DNA from: an uncultured Actinomycetes bacterium
Lineage (GTDB): Bacteria > Actinomycetota > Thermoleophilia > Gaiellales > Gaiellaceae
Direction: 5' to 3'
Length of the DNA stretch: 64,000 bases
Assembly (NCBI GenBank): GCA_963702655.1
Contig: CAVPDO010000012.1
Location: forward strand, 107,204-171,203
In this document: positions 28,233 to 37,247 of the stretch, one piece after another
Numbering within the stretch: the first letter of the stretch is position 1
How the letters are laid out: each line of letters begins with the position of its first letter
The notes under the pieces: generated by a model
The model's database searches: none
What the model was told of the DNA's origin: nothing
Seen by the model: the letters and a program-made list of their open reading frames with translations, nothing else
Translations under genes and position numbers: made by a program

Positions 28233-29596
28233 AGCTCGAGCTCCACCTTGGTCCCGGCGCCGCGGCGCGAGTCGATCCGCAGCTTCCCGCCCAGCGCCTC
28301 GGCCCGCTCCTTCATGGTGACCAGGCCGTAGCCGCGCAGCGCTCCCTCGACGAAGCCCGCGCCGTCGTCGACGATTCCGAGCCGCATGCCCGCCTCGAGG
28401 CGCTCGAGGTAGACCCGCAGCACGTCCGCACCGCTGTGCTCCGCAGCGTTCGCCACCGCCTCGGACGCGATCCGCACCACGGCTTCCCGTTCCCGCGGCG
28501 AGAGGACGATGCCGCTGTCCAGCTCCATGTCCACGGCCGCCCCGTAGCGGCGGGCCGCCTCCCTGGTCGCTGCGGCGATTGCGTCCTCGAAGGGCTCGTC
28601 GGCCCTGGCCGAGAGCGCACCGACCACGCGCCGCGACTCCTCCTGCGCGCGCCCCACGCCGCGGAGGATCCGCTCGACGAGCTCGGGGTCCGGTCCCTGC
28701 TCCCGCAGGAGCCGGACGTTGCGGGCGATGAACGCGATCTCCTGGGCCAGCCCGTCGTGCACGTCGCGCGCAAGCCGGCGCCGCTCCTCGAGCGACGCGG
28801 CCGCGACGACGCTCGTCCAGTAGGAGGCGATTTCGCGCGCGGCCCCGATCAGCAGGGCGAGGTAGGAGCCGAGACGGAAGACGTCGCCCGTGTAGACCCA
28901 ATTGGGATGGAGCGACGGATGGAAGAAGTAGTTGACGTGACTCGCGGCCGACAGGATGCAGGCGATGACGAGCCAGGCGCTGAGCTCGTCCGCGGCGAAA
29001 CGCTGGCGCCGCGCGAAACCGAACGCCGCCAGGATGTACAGCGCTGCCAGCGCGAGCTGCAAGGTGCCGATGAGACCCGCCTGTGTGCCCTGCGCGGACG
29101 CGGACACGGTGATGCCGCTCGGGAGCAGTCTCGTATCGACCGCCAGCGGGACCGTTCCGGCGAGCGCGAGCGCCGTCGTGCAACCGAAGATCCGCAGCGC
29201 CCAGTGAGGGCCGACCGCCAGTCGCCGCCGGGGCAGGAGCGCGGCAATGGAGATGAGGGCCGCGGCCAGGAGGTTGGTGAAGAACATGTTCCAGACCGTC
29301 GCGCGGTTCGACTGCAGATCGAAGACGGCAGGCAGAGCGGCGAAGGCGAGGTTGGAGAAAGCGAGCAGCGCGAGTCCCGCCGACAGAATCAGCTCGTCGA
29401 GGAGACCGCTGCGGCGGAAGCGGCCGAGGAAGAGAAAGGCCGCTGCCGAGGCGGCGAGCGCCGCAGTCGTCTCGAGGGCGACGTGCACCCCCGGCGCCCG
29501 GACGGCGAAATCGAGCCTCGCGACGAATGCGATCACGATGGTCGCCACCGCCGACGCCACCGCGCACCCGTACGCAAGCCTCCTGAGCCGCACCAC
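28229..29596 (-). CDS. Sensor histidine kinase (HisKA_3/NarX-like)
   Basis: Six or more TM helices. H-box RRLARDVHDGLAQEI and HATPase motifs (EAVANAAEHSGA, IVDDGAGF, GYGLVTMKERAEALGG). Confidence 0.9.
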   Translation of the reverse strand: MVRLRRLAYGCAVASAVATIVIAFVARLDFAVRAPGVHVALETTAALAASAAAFLFLGRFRRSGLLDELILSAGLALLAFSNLAFAALPAVFDLQSNRATVWNMFFTNLLAAALISIAALLPRRRLAVGPHWALRIFGCTTALALAGTVPLAVDTRLLPSGITVSASAQGTQAGLIGTLQLALAALYILAAFGFARRQRFAADELSAWLVIACILSAASHVNYFFHPSLHPNWVYTGDVFRLGSYLALLIGAAREIASYWTSVVAAASLEERRRLARDVHDGLAQEIAFIARNVRLLREQGPDPELVERILRGVGRAQEESRRVVGALSARADEPFEDAIAAATREAARRYGAAVDMELDSGIVLSPREREAVVRIASEAVANAAEHSGADVLRVYLERLEAGMRLGIVDDGAGFVEGALRGYGLVTMKERAEALGGKLRIDSRRGAGTKVELEL

Positions 29597-29739
29597 GACG
29601 CCTTAGCTTCACCGCGCGGCGAAGGCGAGCGGCCAGCTTTATGGCTGGACCCGGCTCCCGGTTCGGCTACGGATGGAATCGAGCCGCAAGGGGAATGTGC
29701 CGGGCGACGCCGAAGAACGACAGCTGCAGAGGTGCTTTT

Positions 29740-30033
29740 GTGAACGCCGTTCCCCAGCTTGCACCCGACGAGCCGCTCTCACCCGAGCTCGTTCTCGTGC
29801 TCCCGGCCGAGCTTCGAGCCCAGGTTCTCGCCGGCCTCGACCTCCCCGCCCGGCCGACACCGAGACCGCTCGCGCGACCAGTTCCGCCTCGGGTTCCGCC
29901 TAGGCCCGCCGAGCCCATCGGGCGATCCGTGGCCAAGCTCGTCGTCGCCCGCTTCGCGCAGCTCGCATTGATCTTCGTCGCCGTCACGATCCTGACCCTC
30001 GCGCTGTCGCTCGTCGCGCAAGCGTTTCGCTGA
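29740..30033 (+). CDS. Hypothetical Pro-rich tail-anchored protein
   Basis: GTG at 29740, in frame with ORF 29641..30033. C-terminal TM helix (LALIFVAVTILTLALSLVAQAF). No homology evidence. Confidence 0.3.
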   Translation: MNAVPQLAPDEPLSPELVLVLPAELRAQVLAGLDLPARPTPRPLARPVPPRVPPRPAEPIGRSVAKLVVARFAQLALIFVAVTILTLALSLVAQAFR

Positions 30034-30207
30034 CGGTGCCGACCAAGGTCCTGGCCGGACCAGACCATCGTCCGGACTGGAGCGCCGCCGTGGTGTCGAA
30101 ACCGTGAGCAGACGCGGACGATGCACGGCATCCACAGACGGTGATGTCTCCTCGGACCCGGCGGGTCAGGACGTGTCACCAGAACTCGATGCCGTGCGCG
30201 GGCCGCG

Positions 30208-30681
30208 CTAGCCGCTCCGTGCAGCGATCGGCTCCACCACGTCCGCGGGCGCTTTCTTTCGAAGCGTGATGAAGAGCCAGAGGTACATGCCGAGGATCAG
30301 GAACGCGTTCACGGGATGGAGCGCCCCGACCCAGCGTCCCCCTCCGGGCAGGATCATCTGCACGAACGTCAGGATCGGCACCAGGATCGACACGACGCGG
30401 ACGCGGGTGTTCGGGTGCCACGCGATCAGTGCGCAAATCAGGAAGAGAAGCGCGCCGGGGAGCGTGAGGATGAACCCGAGCGCGCGGTGCGCATCGAGCG
30501 TCTTGGAGTTGCCGATGCAGTGCTCGGCCGCCAGATTGGCGCCTTTCTTGTCGCAGTCGTCCGAATGCTGGATCACCTTCAACCCGAAGATTCCCTCGCC
30601 CGCGAGGTAGACCTGGATCACGATCAGCACCACGTAGAGCGCCGAGAACCACTTGAGAACCGCCGTCGCGCCGCGCCGCAT
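30208..30681 (-). CDS. Small 4-TM membrane protein (resembles the DUF6220 type)
   Basis: ATG at 30681 with an AAAGGAG SD 8 nt upstream. VVLIVIQVYLAGEGIFG ... DAHRALGFILT ... ALHPVNAFLILG. Confidence 0.6.
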   Translation of the reverse strand: MRRGATAVLKWFSALYVVLIVIQVYLAGEGIFGLKVIQHSDDCDKKGANLAAEHCIGNSKTLDAHRALGFILTLPGALLFLICALIAWHPNTRVRVVSILVPILTFVQMILPGGGRWVGALHPVNAFLILGMYLWLFITLRKKAPADVVEPIAARSG

Positions 30682-30718
30682 CGTCTGACTCCTTTGCCGT
30701 CGTTTGCCGACGCGCGGG

Positions 30719-30755
30719 AGGCTACTACTCCCGCGTCCCGGAATCGTTACGGCGC
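30719..30755 (-). promoter_or_regulatory. Copy a of the conserved 22-bp element plus a -10-like TAGCCT
   Basis: Minus strand reads GCGCCGTAACGATTCCGGGACG, with ACGATT-N17-TAGCCT. It overlaps the stop codon of 30747..31931 and lies 37 nt upstream of ATG 30681. Confidence 0.55.
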
Positions 30756-31931
30756 CGCGCGCACCCAGACGGTCACGTGGGCCGGCTCGAGCGAGCGGGC
30801 TGCAGCATCGGCGAGCTCGTCGACGACCGTCTCGACGTCGACCGCGTCGCGGAGCCGTGTGCCGAACGCCACGACGGTCGCCTCGGAGTCGTAACGGGCC
30901 CGGTTGAAGCGGCGATCGACGAGACGCTGCAGCCGGAACCGCAACGGCGAGAAGAGCGCTGCCGCGGCGAGCGTCGAGGCCGCGACCCCGACCGGGCTCG
31001 AGAACGGCAGCACCCGCGTGGTCAGCAGGACGATTCCTGCGAAGACGCCGACCAGGAGCCCGGTGAGCAGCGTGTAGGACAGCGTCCGCGAGATCAGCCG
31101 GTCGATGTCGTAGAGCCGGTAGCGCAGGACCCCGACGCCGATCGAGATCGGCAGCGCGACGAGCCCGAGGAAGCCGGCCTTCCCGACCACCGAGATGATC
31201 CCGTGGTTCCCCGAGCCGACCGAGATCGCGATGAAGAAGCCGAACACCGCGAACGACCCTCCGGCCAACAGCCACTTCAGCTGCTGCCGGCGATCACCGG
31301 TCGAGCGGCGGTAGAGGACGACCTGGCGGACGACCCATGAGAGCGCGATCGCGAAGAAGGGGAGCACGACGGCGACGAACGCGGCGTTGTTGCCGTTGGC
31401 GCCGAGCTGCTTCAGCTCGCCGGAGGAGTCAATCCTGATCGGGTGGTCCGTGAAGGCGCCGAGATCCGTGTTGGTGAGATGGCCGACCAGCACGGCCACA
31501 AGCGCGATGTACGTCCAGAGCGTCCAACGCCAACGTCGCGAGACCTGGCCGTCGGGGAAGAAGAGGATCGGCAGAGGCAGAAGCACGAGCATCGACGCCC
31601 ATCCCTGGGTCAGGAAGACGGCGAGGCGCGAGAGTGGAAGGCCGTGATGGTCGATGCGGTAGGCACGGACGGCGTAGAAGCCCGCGTCAGCGCCGTAGGA
31701 GGCGGTGATGGCGATCGCGAGCAGAAGCCAGCCGATCGGGTTCCGCGGCTGCCGGCTCGCCACGAGCGCGCCCACGGCCGCGAACGGGATCATCAGCAGC
31801 TGCTGTCCGACTCCGCCGAGGGTGAGCTGATGTGCGACTGCCGACAGCGGGAAGGCCGCCAAGATCAGCACGCCGGCGGCCGCGCCGAGCCAGAGCGCAA
31901 GCTTCGAGTGCGGTTGTGCGCGCGCGCTCAC
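30747..31931 (-). CDS. Sensor-like polytopic membrane protein without a kinase domain, paralog 1
   Basis: QPRNPIGWLLL motif, about 9-10 TM helices and a conserved C-terminal module: LRYRLYDIDRLISRTLSYTLLTGLLVGVF...PFSSPVGVAASTLAAAALF...VDRRFNRARYD...LEPAHVTVWV. Confidence 0.8.
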   Translation of the reverse strand: MSARAQPHSKLALWLGAAAGVLILAAFPLSAVAHQLTLGGVGQQLLMIPFAAVGALVASRQPRNPIGWLLLAIAITASYGADAGFYAVRAYRIDHHGLPLSRLAVFLTQGWASMLVLLPLPILFFPDGQVSRRWRWTLWTYIALVAVLVGHLTNTDLGAFTDHPIRIDSSGELKQLGANGNNAAFVAVVLPFFAIALSWVVRQVVLYRRSTGDRRQQLKWLLAGGSFAVFGFFIAISVGSGNHGIISVVGKAGFLGLVALPISIGVGVLRYRLYDIDRLISRTLSYTLLTGLLVGVFAGIVLLTTRVLPFSSPVGVAASTLAAAALFSPLRFRLQRLVDRRFNRARYDSEATVVAFGTRLRDAVDVETVVDELADAAARSLEPAHVTVWVRAAP

Positions 31932-33118
31932 CGCTTGATCCAGACGCTGACGTGGGTGGGCTCGAGCGAGGCGCCGGCGGCAGCGGCGAGCTCGTCAAGG
32001 ACGGTGTCGACGTCGACCGCGTTCCGCAGTCGCGCCGCGAACGCGGAAACGGTCAGTTCGGCGTCGTAGTGCGCGCGGTTGAAGCGGCGATCGACGACGC
32101 GTTGAATCCGGCGGCGGAGAGGGTTGAAAAGCGCGAGCGACGCCAGCGTCGAGGCAGCGACCCCGACCGGCGAGGAGAACGGCAGCACGCGGGTCGTCAG
32201 CAGTACGAGCCCGGCGAAGACACCCACGAGCAAGCCGGTCAGGAGCGCGTAGGAGAGCGTGCGCGAGATCAGCCGGTCGATGTCGTACAGCCGGTAACGC
32301 AGGATCCCGATGCCGATCCCGATCGGAAGGCCGAGCAGCGCCAGCGTGCCGAGATAGCCGACTAGGGCGAAGACGCCGGAGCCGTTGTGTCCGATGATCG
32401 TCACGAGCCCGCCCGCCACTGCCAGCGCCGCGCCGGCCATCAGCCACTTCAGCTGCACCCGCCGCACGCCGGTAGCCCGTCGATAGCCGGGAATCTGGGC
32501 GACGATCCACGCGAGCCCGACGCCGAGGACGATGAAGAAGAACACGTTCTGGTAGATGCTCCACCAGGCCCAGGCTCCGGTCGGATGGTCCTCGAGAAGC
32601 AGGTTGCCGGTCGAGTCGATGCGCACCCGGCCGGTAACGACCGCATCGACGGCGATCCCGTATGCGGCGGTGAGCCAGACGACGCAGCCGACACCGAAGC
32701 CGCCGAGCGGCAGGCGCCAACGTCCCGGCGGGAGCTCGCCGTCCGGGAAGAGCAGGATCGAGAGGGCGAGCAGCGCGATCCCGGGCGCCCACGAGGGCTG
32801 GAGCAGGACGGCAAGCCGGCCGAGGGGCAGGCTCCCGTGATGGTCGCGGTAGTCGAGCACCGAGTAGCTCGACGCCGCGTCGTCGAAGGAGAGAAAGAGC
32901 GCGCAGCCGAGGAGCACCCAGCCCATCGGGTTCCGGGGTTGTCGCCAGGCGACGATGAGACCGACGATCCCGAAGCCCGGGATGAGGACGATCGAGCCGC
33001 CGTCACCGGCGCTGAAGCTGTGGTCGGCCGCAGTGAAGACCACGGCTGCGACCGCGAGCAGGATCGTCGCGATTCCCAGCGCGAAAGCCGTCCCGGGCGT
33101 CGCGAGTCGGCGTGGCAT
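31928..33118 (-). CDS. Sensor-like polytopic membrane protein without a kinase domain, paralog 2
   Basis: ATG at 33118 (MPRRLATPG). Same architecture as paralog 1. GTGA overlap with paralog 1. Confidence 0.8.
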   Translation of the reverse strand: MPRRLATPGTAFALGIATILLAVAAVVFTAADHSFSAGDGGSIVLIPGFGIVGLIVAWRQPRNPMGWVLLGCALFLSFDDAASSYSVLDYRDHHGSLPLGRLAVLLQPSWAPGIALLALSILLFPDGELPPGRWRLPLGGFGVGCVVWLTAAYGIAVDAVVTGRVRIDSTGNLLLEDHPTGAWAWWSIYQNVFFFIVLGVGLAWIVAQIPGYRRATGVRRVQLKWLMAGAALAVAGGLVTIIGHNGSGVFALVGYLGTLALLGLPIGIGIGILRYRLYDIDRLISRTLSYALLTGLLVGVFAGLVLLTTRVLPFSSPVGVAASTLASLALFNPLRRRIQRVVDRRFNRAHYDAELTVSAFAARLRNAVDVDTVLDELAAAAGASLEPTHVSVWIKR

Positions 33119-33125
33119 GTGCGGG

Positions 33126-33162
33126 AATCTATTCCTGTTCCGTCCCGGGATCGTTACGGCGC
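33126..33162 (-). promoter_or_regulatory. Copy b-minus of the 22-bp element plus -10 TAGATT (leaderless)
   Basis: Minus strand reads GCGCCGTAACGATCCCGGGACG, with ACGATC-N17-TAGATT, then 7 nt to ATG 33118. Confidence 0.6.
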
Positions 33163-33173
33163 GTAACGATCCC
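33147..33173. promoter_or_regulatory. Perfect 12-3-12 palindrome GGGATCGTTACG-GCG-CGTAACGATCCC in the divergent intergenic region
   Basis: Read directly from the sequence. Each arm forms the -35-proximal part of one of the two divergent promoters. Confidence 0.7.
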
Positions 33174-33194
33174 GTAGCGCGTGAGGCGTAGATT
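33159..33194 (+). promoter_or_regulatory. Copy b-plus of the element plus -10 TAGATT (leaderless)
   Basis: GCGCGTAACGATCCCGTAGCG, with ACGATC-N17-TAGATT, then 6 nt to GTG 33201. Confidence 0.6.
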
Positions 33195-33200
33195 CCTGGC

Positions 33201-34376
33201 GTGGTCGCATGCCACGAACGCATCCGAGTCGCAGCGGCGGCGGCGATCGTGCTGTTCCTCGCTGCCGGGCTCGCGCTAACCGGCGTGACGCACGATCCCT
33301 GGCCCACGAATGACGGGATAGCCCTCGTCGTGCTGACCGCGTACGGCGGCGTCGGTTACGTGATCGCACGGGCCGAGCCGCGGAATCCCATCGGCTGGAT
33401 CTTTCTCGGGCTTGGGTTCTTCACGCTGGCGGACTACCTGAACCGCCTCTACCTGGTTCTCGATTACCGGGAACACGGCGGTGGGCTGCCACTGGGCGGC
33501 ATCGCGGTCTTCTGGCAAGGAAGCTGGTCGCTCTTTCCGATCATCGTCGCCCTGCCGGCGATCGTCCTGTTCCCGGACGGCCGCGTCTCGCAGCGGTGGC
33601 GGAAGCTGCTCTACATCTACGCAGGCGCCACGATCGTCTTCATGACCCTTTCGTTCACGAGTCAGCTCACCGACGGCGTTTCCGGCCGGATCGCCGTCAC
33701 CGTTCGTGGGGATCTCCCGAACAGCGGCGGCGGCCCCTTGGCTTCTGCCGGTTGGGTGCTGGTTCCGTTCTTCCTCGGCTGCTGGATCGCGTTCGTGTGG
33801 CGGCAGGTCAGCGCGTGGCGATCCTCGTCCGGCGTACGTACGGCACAGCTGAAGTGGCTGGCGGCCGGCAGCGCGATACTCGTCGTGTCCTGCATCGTCA
33901 TCGTGATGTTCGGGGACGGCTCGACCGTCGGCTCCCGCGTCGCCGCCGACCTGGCCACCATCGGAATCGGCGTCCTGCCGGTCGCGGTGGGGGTGGCCAT
34001 CCTGCGGTTCCGTCTCTACGAGATCGACCGGCTGATCAGCAGAACGTTGGCGTATGCGCTCCTGACCGGGCTGCTGGTCGGCGTGTTCGGCGGGATCGTG
34101 CTGCTGACCACGCGCGTTCTGCCCTTCTCGTCGCCCGTCGGCGTTGCGGCATCGACCCTTGCTGCGGCCGCGCTGTTCAACCCGCTGCGCCGCCGCGTGC
34201 AGCACCTCGTCGACCGGCGCTTCAACCGCGCGCGCTACGACCGGGACGCACTCGTGGCTCGGTTCGGCGTGCGACTGCGGGATGCGGTCGACTCGGACAC
34301 GGTCGTCGCCGAGCTTGCCGGGGTTGCGGCAAGCTCCGTCGAGCCGGCGCACATCTCCGTCTGGGTGCAGAGCTAA
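33201..34376 (+). CDS. Sensor-like polytopic membrane protein without a kinase domain, paralog 3
   Basis: EPRNPIGWIFL. C-terminal module LRFRLYEIDRLISRTLAYALLTGLLVGVF...VDRRFNRARYD...VEPAHISVWV. Confidence 0.8.
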   Translation: MVACHERIRVAAAAAIVLFLAAGLALTGVTHDPWPTNDGIALVVLTAYGGVGYVIARAEPRNPIGWIFLGLGFFTLADYLNRLYLVLDYREHGGGLPLGGIAVFWQGSWSLFPIIVALPAIVLFPDGRVSQRWRKLLYIYAGATIVFMTLSFTSQLTDGVSGRIAVTVRGDLPNSGGGPLASAGWVLVPFFLGCWIAFVWRQVSAWRSSSGVRTAQLKWLAAGSAILVVSCIVIVMFGDGSTVGSRVAADLATIGIGVLPVAVGVAILRFRLYEIDRLISRTLAYALLTGLLVGVFGGIVLLTTRVLPFSSPVGVAASTLAAAALFNPLRRRVQHLVDRRFNRARYDRDALVARFGVRLRDAVDSDTVVAELAGVAASSVEPAHISVWVQS

Positions 34377-34383
34377 CTCCCGG

Positions 34384-37161
34384 CTACCACTCGACGAGCT
34401 TCCAGATCTCCGGCTCGCTCTGGCCGCCTTCGCCGATCTCGGCGAAGATCGCGACCGCGGACTTGAGGTGCTCCATCGCCTCCTCCCGCCGGCCGGCGGC
34501 GTTGAGGAGGTCGGCGACGTTGTTCGCCAGCGCGGCTTCGCGGTGGCGGTCGCCGACGGCGGCACAGAGCACCAGCGCCTCCTCGGTCAGCTCGAGCGCC
34601 CGCTCCAGCTCGCCCTCGGCGCGCAGGTCGAGCGCGAGGTTGTTGAGCGCCGCCGCGCGGGCCGAGGGGTCGTCCTCCTCGCTCGCCAGCTCGAGGCTGC
34701 GTTCGAGCCGGGAACGCGCCTCCGCGTGGTCGCCGCGGCCGGTGGCGAGGATGCCGAGGATGTTGTGAGCCTGGGCGAGGGCGCGGCCGGTCCCCGGCGG
34801 CGTCGGCGAGCTCCAGCGCCCGCCGGGCCAGCTCCTGCGCCTCGCCGTCGTGGCGTCTGTGGGCCGTCAGGCTTCGATCGGCCAGGAGCCGCGCCTCGAG
34901 CACGTCCGCGTCGTCCGGCAGCGCAGCGAGCGCCTCGGCGAACGAGCTGTCGGCGAGCTCCCACTCGCCGCGACGGAGATGGACGAGGCCGATGCGGTGC
35001 GCGATCGAGGCGAGTCGCTCCGCGGGGGCGAGCGCGGCCGCCGCCTCGTAGCTCTCGAGCGCGGCCGAGTAGTCGCCGCCGAGCGTGAGCAGGTCGCCGA
35101 TCTCCTCGTGCAGCGCCGCCGGATCGTCGTGCCCGAGGCCGAGCGCCTCCCGGAAGTGGGCGTGCGCCTCGGCGTTCGCGTACAGCCCGCGCGCGTGCGC
35201 ACCGGCGACCCGGAACCACTCCGCGGCCTCGGTCTCGCGACCCGCGTCGCGGAGGTGTCGAGCGACCGCGCCGGCGGCGGCGCCGTTCCGGTCGCGTGCG
35301 GCGAGGGCCTCGGCGGCCCGGCGATGGAGCAGGCGACGGCGGCCGGAGCTCGTCAGGTCGACGGCCACCCGGCGTGCCTGCTCGTGCCGGAAGGCGTAGC
35401 CCGCGTCCACCTCGACGAGCAGCCCGCGCCGCATGAGCTCCTCGAGCGACGCGACCGTCTCCTCCTCGTTGCGGCCGCTGACGGTCGCGGATCAGGTCCG
35501 CGTCGAACGGGCGGCCCACCACGGCGGCGGCGGCGAGCACCTGGCCGGCGACCTCGCTCGCCGCGGCGATCCGCGACTCGAGCAGCCGGCGCAAACCGGG
35601 CGGAATGTCCGTCGGCGTCTCCGTCCGGCGGAGCAGTCGAGATACTGCATGACGAAGAACGGGACGCCGTCGCGTCTCCTCGTAGAGCCGCGCCGATGAG
35701 CTCTCGGCGCAGCGCCGGCCGCCTCCGCGAACTCGGCCACGTCGTCGCGGTCCGAGCCGATCGAGACTGGATCGCCGTGCCGAGCCGTCTTGCGCCGGCG
35801 CGGCGAGGATCGCCTCACCGGATGAGTCGGCGGGCGTCTCCTCCGGCCGCCAGGTGAGCAGCAGCAGCACCGGCCGATCCGCGCAGGCGGCGGGTCAGGA
35901 ACGCGAGCAGCTTCGAGCGACGGCGGGTCGGCCCAGTGCGACGTCGTCGACGAACGAGTCACGCCGGGCCGCGTCGCCGGCGGTTGCGTCAAGAGCTCGC
36001 GTGACGCCGTCGAGGAAGCGCGCCTGCGCGCCCGGCCCGTCGAGCGCGGCGCAGGCGACGTGCCGAGCTCGGGGACGCAGCCGCGCGGCCTCGGCCGCGG
36101 CACCGGGATCGACACCGCAGCCGCCGGCCGCGCGCGAGAGCGCCCCGCACAGCTCGATCGCGCAGCCGAACGCCAGCCCGGCCTCGCTCCTCGACGGCGC
36201 GGGCCGACGCGACGCGGAGCCCGCGGCACGCGCCCAGGTCGACGGCAGCTCCTGCGGCCAGCCGCGTCTTCCCGATGCCCGTCTCGCCCTCGAGGACGAC
36301 GAGCCGGCCGTCCGGCCCGACCGCTGCGTAGGCGCCGGAGCGCGGCCCACTCGCGCTTCGCGGCCGACGAGCGGATAGTCGCGCGCCGCCGCCTTCGGGA
36401 GCGGGCATCGGCTCCGGCGACCGGCCGCGCCGGACAGCCCTCGCGCACCGCATGGTAGGCGGCCGTCGTCTCCTCGGTCGGCGCGACTCCGAGCTCGCGG
36501 TGGAGCGTGCGGACGCACTCGCGGTACTGCGCGAGCGCCGCGGCCCGCTCGCCGCTCGCGCCGTAGAGCTCGATCAGCCGCCGGTGAGCCGTCTCGTTCA
36601 GCGGCTCGAGCGCCAGCCGGCGGCGGGCGTGCTCGATCGCGCGCACGTGGCTGCCGCGCGCGCCGAGCCCTTCGGCGAGGCGATCGAGGACGGCGCCGAG
36701 CTCGCGCGCGAGGGTTCCCGCCTGGAGCGACTGCCAGTCGTCGAACGGGGCGCTGTCGCGCAGGCCGAAGCCGGCAAGGAAGGCTCCGCGCTGCAAGCGC
36801 CGCAGCCTGCTCGAGCTCGGCCGAGGTCCGCTGCCGGCCGCGAGCCGACGGAACTCGTCGACGTCGAGCGAGGACGCCTTCCCGCTCGAGCGAGACCGCG
36901 TCGCGCGCGACGGCGAGCCAGCGCCCGCCGAGCGCCGAGCGCAGCGTCGAGAGCGTGCGCCGCAGCGCCGCGCGCGCGCGGTCGGGCGCGTACTCGGGCC
37001 ACAGCAGCTCCGCCAGCACGTCGCGTCCGTGCCGGCCCTGCTCGACGCGCCAGATAGGCGAGCAGCGCGGTCGCCTTGCGCGTGTCGACCGTGAGCGGAA
37101 CGCCGTCGCAGAGCGCCTCCGGAGGGCCGAGGAGCGACAGCCGCAGCGTCGAGTCGCCCAC
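34384..37161 (-). pseudogene. AfsR/SARP-like regulator (winged-helix + BTAD + NB-ARC-type ATPase + TPR), with a dozen or more frame changes as given
   Basis: Fragments in three frames stitch into one protein. MGDSTLRLSLLGPPEALCDGVPLTVDTRKATALLAYLA / VLAELLWPEYAPDRARAALRRTLSTLRSAL. BTAD: FLAGFGLRDSAPFDDWQ...NETAHRRLIELYGASGERAAALAQYRECVRTLHRELGVAPTEET. P-loop: LVVLEGETGIGKTRLA. Then LLLLTWRPEE, GVPFFVMQYL and TPR repeats ending ...EIWKLVEW-TAG. Confidence 0.85.
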
Positions 37162-37201
37162 AGCACGATCCTAGACGCAACGAGCCGCAGGGCATAGCGT
37201 T

Positions 37202-37238
37202 GCGCCGTAACGATTTCGGGACGGTCGTCCCGTAGAAC
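37202..37238 (+). promoter_or_regulatory. Copy c of the 22-bp element plus a -10-like TAGAAC
   Basis: GCGCCGTAACGATTTCGGGACG, with ACGATT-N17-TAGAAC, then 9 nt to ATG 37248. Confidence 0.55.
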
Positions 37239-37247
37239 GGGAGCGGA

